A DNA stretch of 64,000 nt from Alphaproteobacteria bacterium (GCA_964291215.2 OZ219791.1:1024001-1088000); one strand, 5' to 3'; positions 1 through 9,738 are shown, numbered from the stretch's first letter. The notes: generated by a model from the sequence alone, not told the origin. Made by a program: numbers and translations.

Positions 1-1443
1 TGCAGGACCTGCTTGCGCTTGTCGCCATGGTGGCGTCGACGAAGCTGTTGAAGGGTTTGCGCAGCTTGCGCTTGTTGTGGATGATGACGGCGATTGCGAG
101 GGTGATCGCGTTGTTTGCGGGCGCGTTGCCCTTGACCATCAGTCCGCGCGACGGGTCTCGACGATCAGCCTCGCGGGTGGTGTGGAGCGCATCGAGGGTG
201 AGCAGACGGCCGGCAACCGGTGCCGTCTCGAGCGCGGCGTGGACGGCAGCGATCTCCCCGTCGTGACAGTTGAGGACCGAATACCGGCCAGCGAGACCGT
301 CTCGTAATGATCCTCGCCGGTGCGCTTGCCGTCGACCGCGTTGCCGACCTGCGGCTGCGCGCCGCATCCTCGATCCATCCCGGGTCGGTGTTCTGCAGCA
401 CCCGGTGCACGGTCGATCTGGAGACCGGCTTGTTCCTGTTCTTCCACGCTGCTCCAGCTCCTTCTGCGTCGTAGTGCGCCACCGCGCCGGTTCGCAAGCC
501 GCGCCATCACGCACAGCACCGAGGCGATGCCCCTGCGCGCGTCGGAAAGCGCCCCGAAGTGCTAAATCGAGCGCAACTCCTGCGCCGACCAGCGTCGCCC
601 GCAACTCCCACGCCGCAGGAAGCGGCGAACGATCCCGCGTCACGACGCAGCGGAAACACGTAAGGATCCTTCGCCTCCCCGGTCGGCGCCCGCTGGCGCG
701 CGCATGGCTCCTGCCAACGCACTCCCGGTTCGCCGCCTTGTACATGGTGCCGCTGAACTTCGTCGGCAAGACAAACTTCTCCGCAACAAGCAACGGCAGC
801 CTTCCGGTCGCCGCCGCACCATCCGCGACAACGCAAACGAGGCCCGGAAACGACCACCAGGAACAACAAACCTCGTGTTGTTCCCGGCAACCGCCTGAAC
901 TGTTCCTCGCGGCGCCAGCCAATCCAACGGTCCCGCGGTGCGCAGCAGGACCATTCTGTTGTCGCGATCGGCGGCGGACAACCGTGTCAGAGTGGCCGTT
1001 CTTGAAGTTGGTGGCACCGTCTCAAGGTCGGAACCGACATATTGACAACGAAATCCGCCCCCGAATGGACTTCCAGATCTGCCTACAACGCCCCTCGTCG
1101 GACGAAACCGGAAAAAAGAAGAGCCCTGCGGTGCGTAGCCGAGGGCGCCCGTCTGCCAGCCCGCAGCGCCAATCCACCGCCCGCGCCAGGTGAACACGCA
1201 GACCTCGACCGGCAAACTGCTTGAAACCAGGATACCGTCAACCGCACGATTCCAGCGACATCAGGCCGCGCAAGGCGCACAACCACATCCCGGAGCGCAA
1301 AACCCTCCGGAGTCGTCTCAAAAAAATCCGCTGCCGCCACGACAACGGATACTGCGCCGCTTCACAAAAAGTCAGCGAAAATGCGAATCATCCTGAACAA
1401 GCAAAACCGCCCCTTCCAACAAACCTGGCGTGGGATCGTCGTG
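1..1443 (-). mobile_element. ISAs1-family element remnant with N-terminal DUF4338 (DruA-like) region; runs off window start
   Basis: Terminal CACGACGATCCCACGC at 1443 (rc). Fragmented frames read LGFKQFAGRGLR, RDRWIGW, NNTRF, KFSGTMYKAANRECVGRS (DUF4338), then DGK...TLDALHT...VKGN (ISAs1 DDE). Near-identical to 30198-33740. Confidence 0.85.
947..1125 (-). mobile_element. Short insertion starting GGCTCT (possible ISL3-type end) inside the ISAs1 remnant
   Basis: Absent from the 30198 copy. Flanked by a degenerate duplication (gctacgcaccgcag / gctgcgcaccgcgg). Confidence 0.4.
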
Positions 1444-1551
1444 CACTAGTTATCATTAGTGTTGACAGGTCAACACTATAGGGTTAGCGTTAGCGCCTAA
1501 ATTAATGAAAAGCGCCGGATTTGGTTCAATACGACAGGGAGTTACTCCTAA

Positions 1552-2502
1552 ATGAAATATAAATTCAAACTGTTGGTCAGCGTCTTTGCCCTGACCCTTA
1601 TGGCAACGGAAGCGTTGGCGGCGGACTGGACACCGCCCGGTTCGATTAAAATGCTGATTGCCTTTCGGGCCGGTGGCGGCGCCGATACGCAAGCGCGCCT
1701 TATCGCCGAAGCCCTTGAAAGTAAGATGGGCTGGAAGTTCATCCCTGAGCAAGTCACCGGCAAGGGCGGCGTCAACATGCTCAACGCCCTTTCCAAGCAG
1801 CCCAATGACGGAACCGCCATCGGCATGGCCGTCACGGAATCCCTCGGCTACAACTTGGCGACGTCTAAATCCCTGCTCAAAGCGTCCAGTTTTACCGGCC
1901 TCTCGACCACGGCCGGTTTCCAGTTGGGCATCATCGGCCGGACCAAGGATGGCTGGAAAACCATGCGCGACGTGATCGCGTCGGCGAAGGCGGGAAAGAA
2001 AATCCGGCTTGGCACGATGAGCCCCCGGCTGGCCGATCTGACGTTTCTGCTGGAGAAGGCCAACGGCGTTAAATTCAATATCGTGTCCTACCGGGGCGGA
2101 ATAGCGGTCTTGAACGCCATCAACGCGGGTGATGTGGATGTCGGCTATGTTGCCGGTCCGCAGGCCAAAGGCGTCAAGGCCGGGGATTTGGTCGAGCTGG
2201 CATCGGCCCTCTCCAAACCGTTGAACGCCACGCCGAGTGCGCCGACGCTCAGCGACTTGGGCGTTAATTTCAACGCGGACGGCCAGTTCGTCTTTGTCGG
2301 CCCCGGCGGAATGCCGGCCGCGGTGCAGGACGCCTTGGGTAAAGCCATCGCCGGGGTTGTGACCGACCCGGATCAACAGGTCGCGAAGATCATCAAGCGG
2401 GTCTTCGGCGGGGCAATTACGATTACGGGCAAGGAGCTGGACGCCCACTTGCAGCAAGGATACGCCGACGCCGGCAAACTTGCGAAGGCCGTCAACCAGT
2501 AG
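1552..2502 (+). CDS. tctC: Tripartite tricarboxylate transporter substrate-binding protein (TctC/Bug)
   Basis: Signal peptide; AFRAGGGADTQAR and VSYRGG motifs typical of Bug proteins; upstream of tctB/tctA-like genes. Confidence 0.9.
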   Translation: MKYKFKLLVSVFALTLMATEALAADWTPPGSIKMLIAFRAGGGADTQARLIAEALESKMGWKFIPEQVTGKGGVNMLNALSKQPNDGTAIGMAVTESLGYNLATSKSLLKASSFTGLSTTAGFQLGIIGRTKDGWKTMRDVIASAKAGKKIRLGTMSPRLADLTFLLEKANGVKFNIVSYRGGIAVLNAINAGDVDVGYVAGPQAKGVKAGDLVELASALSKPLNATPSAPTLSDLGVNFNADGQFVFVGPGGMPAAVQDALGKAIAGVVTDPDQQVAKIIKRVFGGAITITGKELDAHLQQGYADAGKLAKAVNQ

Positions 2503-2513
2503 AACGCTGTGAT

Positions 2514-2706
2514 CACGATGATCCCACGCTGCTAATTCGGCGACGACTGGCGAGATTTTTTCAGTTTGCGTCGCGCTGCAATCTTGCCGCCAAGGCTCGA
2601 TAGGACCTTCTCGGCACGAAAATTGCGATCAAGGGGGCGATCTGTGATGACGCGAGCCCCAACGCATTCCGATTTCGCGTCTCCGAATTAGCATGGGATC
2701 ATTGTG
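2514..2706. mobile_element. ~190-bp MITE with ISAs1-type ends, copy 1
   Basis: TIR cacgatgatccca / tgggatcattgtg; 9-bp TSD cgctgtgat at 2505-2513 and 2707-2715. Confidence 0.9.
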
Positions 2707-2770
2707 CGCTGTGATCGAGGGTCCGGACGGCATCCGGACCCTAGAACCCTCAAACATCGGAGCATCGCTG

Positions 2771-3337
2771 GTGGATAACCGCTCCAACAGCAACGCCGTC
2801 TTGGGCGGGCTTTGCGTTTTGGCGGCTGCGCTGGTTGCTTTCGTCTGGGTTCCTCTGGACGTTGATTCAGGAGTAATTGAACAAGTCCGCCGGCGTGTTC
2901 AGATCGGCGACAGCCTCGCACCTGTCACTGCGGCCGTCTTTATCGCCCTTGGCGGTTTGGTGCTGCTGTTCGTGGAACGCCGCGCTCCGGACCAGCCCGC
3001 ATTCACCCTGCGAAATCTTCGTTTCGTTGCGCTTTCGGCGGCCATAATCGTAGTCGGATTTCTGATCATGCGGTTTGCCGGCCCGCTCACCGTCGATGTC
3101 GTTAGTCTGCTGACCGGCGGCGAACTGCAATACCGGCTTCTCCGGGATTCGGCGCCTTGGAAGTTCATCGGGTATTTTATCGGCGGTATATTCGTCGTCG
3201 CCGGTTTAATGGCTCAGGCGGAGGGCGGAATAACCCGGAAAAACCTCGGCATAGCCACCGCCGTCGTCATCGCCCTGGTTCTAATCGTCGACGTTCCGTT
3301 CGATGATCTGCTGTTGCCGCCAAACGGTGACGTCTGA
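2771..3337 (+). CDS. TctB-like small membrane subunit
   Basis: About 5 hydrophobic helices, between tctC and tctA. GTG start chosen because the ORF-track ATG lies in the MITE. Confidence 0.7.
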   Translation: MDNRSNSNAVLGGLCVLAAALVAFVWVPLDVDSGVIEQVRRRVQIGDSLAPVTAAVFIALGGLVLLFVERRAPDQPAFTLRNLRFVALSAAIIVVGFLIMRFAGPLTVDVVSLLTGGELQYRLLRDSAPWKFIGYFIGGIFVVAGLMAQAEGGITRKNLGIATAVVIALVLIVDVPFDDLLLPPNGDV

Positions 3338-4932
3338 TGAGTGTTGGCGACTACATTCTTGAGGGAATCCTGGCATTCTTTCTGGGATCCGAGCTGTTTT
3401 CCATATTCGGCATACCTGTCTCCATCAACATCGCCATGGTGATCGCCGGATTTCTGCTCGGCATCATGGTGGGGGCAACGCCGGGATTGGCGGGACCGGT
3501 CGCTATGGCGATCTCTTTGCCGCTTCTGCTCTCAAGCTTCGGGTACCACGCGTCGGCATTGTTGCCGGTACTGGGATTTCTGATCGGGATCATGAAAGGG
3601 GCGACTGTCGGGGGTGCTGTGCCGGCAATTTTGTTCAATACGCCGGGCACGCCGGATGCCTACATGACCACCCTGGATGGTTTTCCGATGGCGCAGAACG
3701 GGCAGGCCAAGAAGGCGCTGCGCATTGCCCATTTCTCCTCGGCATCCGGCGATACATTCTCGGATCTGGTCCTGTTTGTCTGTGCGCCTTTTTTGGCCAT
3801 CATCATCGAGGCTCATTTGGACCTCCCGGAGAAAACAGCCCTTCTAATCCTCTCCCTCAGTTTTATCGCTGCCGTGATCGGGGGATCACCGGCAAAGGGT
3901 TTGATTTCCACCGGGCTTGGTCTTCTTGCCGTCTTCATCGGGACCGGAGAAGATTTTTATCCCCGCTTATCCTTGGGTACGGATCAACTTGCACGCGGGT
4001 TTCCAATCACCACCGCCGTGCTGGGCGTGCTCATCCTAGGCGCGATCTTCGAAGGGATCGAGGAACTTCTAAAGGAAAACCGGGAAACCGGATTGTTCTC
4101 CGCAGTCCCGGAAAGCGGTGATCAAGTCTTGCGCTGGGCTGATATCCACCGGCTGATGCCCTATATTTCGCGCTCCGCCCTGATCGGGACGGTCATCGGC
4201 GCCTTGCCCGGCATCGGCTCGACCCTGGCGGCGACGCTCGGCTACACCTTCGGCAAATCGCGGCATCAGAAACGTAAGGGTACGGACGATCTGGACTTCG
4301 GTGGAGGCGCCCCTCAAGGCATCGCCGCCACGGAAGCCGCCAACTCCTCCGTGTCGGGCGCGAACCTGATCCCCGTACTGTCCCTCGGCATTCCCGGAAA
4401 TGCGGCTGCTGTTTTTTTGATTTTGGCCGCCGAGAGCATCGGCGGTTTTGTGCCTGGTCCCGCCGTGTTCAAATTTACCACGGATACGGTCAACCCGGAG
4501 CTGGTGATCGCCTTTGGTCTGTTCACGGCCATGGCGTTTGCAAATGTATTGAACTGGACTATCGGCGGGCTCTTCATGCGCTCGATGGGGGTCATGATCC
4601 GCATCCCCAAGCAATTGTTGCTACCGTCCGTCTTGCTGCTTACGCTGACGGCGATCTACATCCAGGAAACCCGGTTGGAAGCAATATGGTTCGCGCTCGG
4701 GTTCGGGGTCTTGGGCTACGCCATGCGGAAACTCGAGATTTCGCCCCTCCCCTTTGTCATCGCCTTTATTCTCGGCGAGAAGCTGGAGCTAGGTGCCCGC
4801 CGGGCCTTTAGCGCAAGCGGAAACGACCCCTTCTTTCTGTTCAGTACGCCGATTGCCACGTTCTTGATGATCCTGGCAATAGGTGTCCTTGTGTATACCG
4901 CCCGGAAGCGGCGCCTTGAGGCTTCGGCATGA
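3337..4932 (+). CDS. tctA: Tripartite tricarboxylate transporter permease TctA
   Basis: GATPGL, ILFNTPGTP, GALPGIG, EAANS and LGIPGN motifs; 531 aa. Confidence 0.92.
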   Translation: MSVGDYILEGILAFFLGSELFSIFGIPVSINIAMVIAGFLLGIMVGATPGLAGPVAMAISLPLLLSSFGYHASALLPVLGFLIGIMKGATVGGAVPAILFNTPGTPDAYMTTLDGFPMAQNGQAKKALRIAHFSSASGDTFSDLVLFVCAPFLAIIIEAHLDLPEKTALLILSLSFIAAVIGGSPAKGLISTGLGLLAVFIGTGEDFYPRLSLGTDQLARGFPITTAVLGVLILGAIFEGIEELLKENRETGLFSAVPESGDQVLRWADIHRLMPYISRSALIGTVIGALPGIGSTLAATLGYTFGKSRHQKRKGTDDLDFGGGAPQGIAATEAANSSVSGANLIPVLSLGIPGNAAAVFLILAAESIGGFVPGPAVFKFTTDTVNPELVIAFGLFTAMAFANVLNWTIGGLFMRSMGVMIRIPKQLLLPSVLLLTLTAIYIQETRLEAIWFALGFGVLGYAMRKLEISPLPFVIAFILGEKLELGARRAFSASGNDPFFLFSTPIATFLMILAIGVLVYTARKRRLEASA

Positions 4933-5993
4933 CGTCCCGGAAACTCCGCATGTGGGCTTCCGGCTGTTCCCATGTTTCATATGACAAAGCAAACGGCCGC
5001 GAGAGTCTGGGCAATGCCATCCGCCAGGTGGAGCGGGATATCGACTGGGATTTCGGAATCAATGTCGGCGATTTTTCAGCCGCTTTCGGCTTGCCGACGG
5101 ACGAGGAGGGAGAAGAAATCGTTCGGCAGTTTCGCACCCTCAGCAAACATCCGCGGGAAGCAATCTACTCCCTGTGCGGCAACCACGACCGTAACGCTCC
5201 GGACCAAGAGGAAGCCGTTTGGTTCCGCAAATATATAGATCCCGTCGGCGAAAACACCGAGACTTCGGGAGTCGATGCCGCCCGCATGCCCTACCCCGTC
5301 ACCGGCACGTTCGAGCGATACCACTTCGATGTCGGCAACATCCGGATTCTGATGATGAGCGACGTCAACGAAATGACCCAGGAGAAGGGGCGCGGAGAAC
5401 TCGGCGGCAACCCCGGCGGCAGCGTTACCCAAGATACCTTCGACTGGTGGGTGGACCAAATCGAATCCAATCACCAGGACAAAATCATTATTGCCGCGCA
5501 TCATTACCTTCTCCACGAAACCACCGTCGCGACGGGTGACTGGGAAGGCATGAAAAAGAACGCCGACGAAGAGTGGACCGCCGACTATCACGGCTATTAC
5601 GCCGAGGGCACGCCCCGGGAAGCGAGCTACCTCTGCTGGGTCGGCGGCAAATTTCGCTCCGGAGTCTTCGAGACGTGGCTTGAGGACAATCCCGGCAAAC
5701 TGGATTTCTGGCTGGGAGGGCATACCCATACCAACCCCGATGACACCCACGGCAACAAAAGCCATATCGAAACCCGGTACGGCGACACCACCTTTGTCAA
5801 CGTGGCGGCATTAACTCGCTGGTTCGTCAAGGATCATGCCATGCCGCATTCCCGAATTTTCACCTTCGAGGATGGCTCGGACCGGGCCTCGATCGAATGC
5901 TATATGCACACGGACGAATACAAACCGCAGGGATTCTACGAGGAGAAAAAAATTGAGATCAGTCTGACCAAACCGTTCTTGTACGATGGTTGA
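4929..5993 (+). CDS. Calcineurin-like metallophosphoesterase
   Basis: GDFS, GNHD, HH and GHTH motifs; start overlaps the tctA stop. Confidence 0.8.
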   Translation: MTSRKLRMWASGCSHVSYDKANGRESLGNAIRQVERDIDWDFGINVGDFSAAFGLPTDEEGEEIVRQFRTLSKHPREAIYSLCGNHDRNAPDQEEAVWFRKYIDPVGENTETSGVDAARMPYPVTGTFERYHFDVGNIRILMMSDVNEMTQEKGRGELGGNPGGSVTQDTFDWWVDQIESNHQDKIIIAAHHYLLHETTVATGDWEGMKKNADEEWTADYHGYYAEGTPREASYLCWVGGKFRSGVFETWLEDNPGKLDFWLGGHTHTNPDDTHGNKSHIETRYGDTTFVNVAALTRWFVKDHAMPHSRIFTFEDGSDRASIECYMHTDEYKPQGFYEEKKIEISLTKPFLYDG

Positions 5994-6035
5994 TGCTGGA
6001 ACCGCTCGCCCCCAAGCGGAGCATGGAAGCAAATG

Positions 6036-6298
6036 GTATCTGCTCACCCCTCCGTAGAGGCGGGTTTGGTGTGTTTGTGTTGTGCATTTTGATCATGTCA
6101 GCGGCGTTTCCGGCGAGTGCGATCTGGATGGCGACGAGTGGGTTGTAGCCGAGTGCGGTCATGGAGGTGAGATAGCTTGAGATTCGGCACCAGGCCTCGG
6201 CGTGGAGTCGGGTTCGGAAGCATCCAGACCCCTTGACCTTTGCCATCCGGATTTTCTGCTTGCCGGGGTTGTTGTCGATCATGAAGCGCAGGACGTGT
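6036..6298 (-). mobile_element. IS66-family (ISBst12-like) right-end remnant
   Basis: IR gtatctgctcacccc; frame LRFM...QKIRMAKVK.SGCFRT...ISSYL.S...LGYNPL. Confidence 0.85.
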
Positions 6299-6359
6299 TG
6301 TCGGTTGGATAAAGCGGCGGGATTTCGGCGATTCGCCGCGCTTTTCAGGATCGTGTTTC

Positions 6360-7841
6360 GTAACTGCTCACCCCCTGGTTCCGGCTTGATGTCGGGGTAG
6401 AGTAACGAACGGGTTTTCGTGGAGATTTGACACTGCAGGCCGATTCGTTTAGTGGTGGTAATCGAGAACGACGGGGACCGCCAGTGGGCTACTTTGGATC
6501 GAAGGCGACGAGCGGGCTGTGCCAGCTGCTTCCGGGGCTCCAGCCCCCGCATGATCTGTATGTGGAAACGCATCTCGGAAGCGGCGCGCTGATGAAGCGC
6601 AAGGCCGGGTGATGACGACGGGCGGCGCGCGAGGAGTTCGAAGCGGCCAAGACCGCAACGCTGCGTGCGGCCGGCAAGGTGGCGGAAGAGGCCGTGATCC
6701 GCGTCTTCGTCATCCTCATCGTCGTCCTTCTGGAGAAGACCACGCACGAGCCGGAACTCCGGTCTGCCGCCGTCACAGACGGACAAGAGCGTGCCGGGAG
6801 CAAGGGCCCGAAGCCGAACCGGCAGATGGGCGACAACCTGCGCAAGACCATCGTCGAGGAGACGGTCGCGGCCTGCGACGCCTGCGGCGCTGACATCGAC
6901 GGCCCCGTCGATCGGGAGCGCCGCACGACATCGTGTTCGAGGTCGTCGAGCGCCGCGCCGAGATCAAGGAATGCCCGAAGTGCAAGGGCCGGTTCCCCGA
7001 CAACATCCCGTGCAGTACGGCATCGGCATTCAGGCCCTCGTCATCAACCTGCTGGTCGCCCAGATGCTGTCCCTGCGCCGTGCCGTTGCGTTCGTGCAGG
7101 CGATCTCCGGCATCAAGCTCTCCGAGGCCTCGGCTATGCTTTCACGATGCGTCATGGGAGGAGGCCGCCGTGGCGCACCTCCTGCAACGCCCGATGTCGA
7201 TGATTTCGGATCAACAGTAAGTGGCTCCATGTCGTGGGACCCTGACGTGCAAGTTCCCGCACCGCAAGCGCGGGCAAGAGATCGGCCCGTGCTACAAGGG
7301 CGTCCTGGGCCTCGTACATGGCAGTGTAGCTACCAGCGGCAGCCACCTGCTGCGCGAACTGACCTTTGTCGTCGAGGCTACCGCGCGACTGATGAAGAGC
7401 CTGCTCCGCGAGGTCTGCCACAAGGTCAACAAGAGCGCATCCAAAACCCTGAACGACGTCGGGCGCAAGCGCTACCGCACCATCAGGGCGCCAGGGAACT
7501 GCCCGACATCCCGACGAAAGGAAAACGTGGACGCAAGTTCGATGCGCACAACCTGCACGAACGTCTCGTGAAACACGAAAACCTGCGCTTCACAGACGAC
7601 CCCGACGTCAGCTTCACCAACAATGCCGGAGAACAGAAGATCAGGATGGCAAAGGTCAAGGTGTCCGGATGCTTCCGCTCCACGCAAAAGCATGGTGCCG
7701 GGGCTCAAGCTACCTCACCTCCATGGCCGCACTCGGCTACAATCATCACGTCGCCACCCAGATCGCCCTCGACGGAAAAGCCGCAGACATCATCAACGAG
7801 CACTATGGCCAATCAGAACCCAACAAGGGGTGAGTAGATAC
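6360..7841 (+). mobile_element. IS66-family (ISBst12-like) element, deletion-riddled, with Dam-like passenger remnant
   Basis: IRs gtaactgctcacccc / ggggtgagtagatac; perfect 8-bp TSD cgtgtttc; fragments CDACG, ECPKC, HLLREL, FTNNAGEQKIRMAKVK. Confidence 0.92.
6484..6612 (+). pseudogene. Internally deleted Dam/D12-class DNA adenine methyltransferase
   Basis: GYFGSKA...PPHDLYVETHLGSGA resembles motif X plus SAM-binding motif I of Dam-family MTases; its TGA overlaps the transposase ATG. Confidence 0.7.
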
Positions 7842-8230
7842 CGTGTTTCTTTACTGTTGTCAGGTCCTGTTGTCGCGGTTTCAGTGTTTGTCTGTTTGTT
7901 TCTGTGGATGCCGCCCGTTTTCTTCCCTGTTGTCATTTCGGTCCGGTTCCGGTTTTTCTGCCGGCATGTGATCCGGGCTCCTGAGGGTTGTCGGGAGGGT
8001 TCTGGTGTTTCGCGGGATCGTCTGCCTTCCCTGTCGCCCGGGTCCTGTTGTCCGGGCCCGGGCGCCCTCGCGACGCCAGCACGAACAGATCAGCCTCGCC
8101 GCAAGGAGCCTTTCCAACGTCAGGACCATCGTCCTCGCAGGACCACGACGAGGCCGGAGAACGTCAGGTCGAAACCCTGCGCACAAGGCTGAAGGTTCCC
8201 CCTTGCCTTTGAGTACCCCCTTGGGTGGCC
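7842..8230 (-). mobile_element. IS5-like transposase C-terminal remnant (host of the 6360 IS66)
   Basis: Weak similarity (GTFSLVRR...MVLTLERLL) to IS5 C-termini. Confidence 0.4.
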
Positions 8231-8731
8231 CCTTGTGGGGTCAGGGTGGTTCGGTAGCGCTTGCGCACGGCCAGGCGGTCAGCCTCGTTCAGGGTCCTGG
8301 ATGCGCTCTTGTTAACCCTGTGGCAGGCAGGATGATCCCACGCTGCTAATCCGGCGACGACTGGCGAGATTTTCTCAGTTTGCGTCACGCTGCAATCGTG
8401 CCACCAAGGCTTGATGGAGCCTTCAAGGAGGCGATCTGTGATGATCCGAGCCCCAACGCATTCGGATTTCGCGTCTCCGAATTAGCATGGGATCGTCGTG
8501 GTGGCAGGTCTCGCGCAGCAGTTTCTTCATCAGGCGTGCTCAGCGGTAGCCTCGGCGATGAAGGTCAGTTCCCTGAGCAGGCGGGACCCGCACAGCTGGC
8601 GGGTGCATGGATCGCAGGCCAGCCATGCGGCCCAGCAGTCGTGGGCCAGCGTGCCGGTGTAGCTGATGCCGATCTCCTCGATCGCCTGCCTGCCGCGCCT
8701 GCGATGCAGGAACCTGCACGTCAGGGATCTG
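8231..8731 (-). mobile_element. IS66 transposase internal remnant
   Basis: HRRRGRQAIEEIGI.YTGTLAHDCWA...LCGSRLLRELTFI...KRYRT; interrupted by a MITE and cut by an intron. Confidence 0.85.
8328..8500. mobile_element. MITE copy 2 (20-bp internal deletion)
   Basis: Same sequence as copy 1; gtggcagg on both flanks. Confidence 0.88.
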
Positions 8732-9149
8732 GTGTGCCAGGCGAACTGGCAGAAGGCAGGGGGTGGAAGTCCCCCGGAACGAAGGAGTAACCAAACCGCG
8801 TTTCTCCGCGAGCCGTGCGTCGGTTCCCGCGAGGGGGCAGGCGAAGCGTCGGTAGCGGGGCTGATGGGCACCGAAAAGACGATGATCCGGGGTGCCGAGG
8901 TTTTCGGATCGGTCGAAGGCAACATCGCAGGCATCGATTTGGTGAGATGCCGGCGCGCCTCGCGGTGTCAGAGAACCCGTCCGTACGTCTTCTGTCGGGA
9001 CCCTGGGAGATCTTCAAGCTGTCCCGCCTGTCGGGACCGCGCAGGGAAAGGAGAAAGCCGAAGCCTGTGATGAACGGTTTGAAGAAGGGGCCCTGTGAAG
9101 GCGGCGAACAAGGGAGCTTCTGCGGAGTTGCCGGAGGAAAGGGCCTCGA
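8732..9149 (+). mobile_element. Group II intron 5' part (ribozyme), truncated
   Basis: Starts GTGTG; near-identical to the 5' part of 39289-40872; fused to ISAs1 DNA at gcctcga. Confidence 0.8.
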
Positions 9150-9255
9150 GCTCGTCCCGGGACAACGACCGCGCAAACTGCGCAGCTGCGAGGCAGCCTT
9201 TCATGTTCGCAAGCTCGGCGAGGACATGGATCTCGTCCTCGTGAACGATCGTGCG
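9143..9255 (-). mobile_element. ISAs1-DUF4338 element internal fragment
   Basis: HVLAELANMKGCLAAAQFARSLSRDELEA, matching 20986-21070. Confidence 0.75.
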
Positions 9256-9332
9256 CGCCGGCATGTCCGGTGCGCTCCGCGCCATGACCGTTCATCGGGC
9301 AGAAAGTTCACATCTGGAGCTCGGCTCCTCTC

Positions 9333-9377
9333 TTGAGAAGAATACAAAAAAACGTTACCTTGGCGGTAACGATTACC
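9333..9377 (+). promoter_or_regulatory. Putative sigma70 promoter with overlapping antitoxin operator
   Basis: TTGAGA(9333)-17bp-TACCTT(9356), overlapped by palindrome CGTTACC-N5-GGTAACG (9353-9371) and GGTAA-N3-TTACC. Confidence 0.55.
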
Positions 9378-9388
9378 GTTGATCTATC

Positions 9389-9724
9389 ATGGAAATCACC
9401 TTCCGGACTCGCAAGCTCGAAAAGGCGTTCAACTCGGCGGATGCCCTGAGGAAAACCTATGGAGCGAGGATGGCGAGGGTCATGATGACGCGGATGGCTG
9501 TGCTCAGGGCGGCGCGCAGTCTGGTGCTGGTGCCGACTACACCACCGGACAGGCGGCATCAACTTAGCGGAGATCGGCACGAGCAATTTGCTGTGGATCT
9601 CGTCCATCCTTATCGGCTCGTGTTTGAGGCCAACCACGAGCCGGTTCCACGCAGTGAAGATGGCGGGATAGACACAGAGCGGGTGGCGGCGATCACAATT
9701 CTCGATGTGGTTGACTATCATTGA
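9389..9724 (+). CDS. higB: HigB/RelE-family toxin (plasmid-maintenance killer type)
   Basis: MEITFRTRKLEK, RRHQLSGDR...FAVDL.HPYRLVF, C-terminal VVDYH; toxin-first order. Confidence 0.85.
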   Translation: MEITFRTRKLEKAFNSADALRKTYGARMARVMMTRMAVLRAARSLVLVPTTPPDRRHQLSGDRHEQFAVDLVHPYRLVFEANHEPVPRSEDGGIDTERVAAITILDVVDYH

Positions 9725-9738
9725 CCGAGGAGGGGCAG

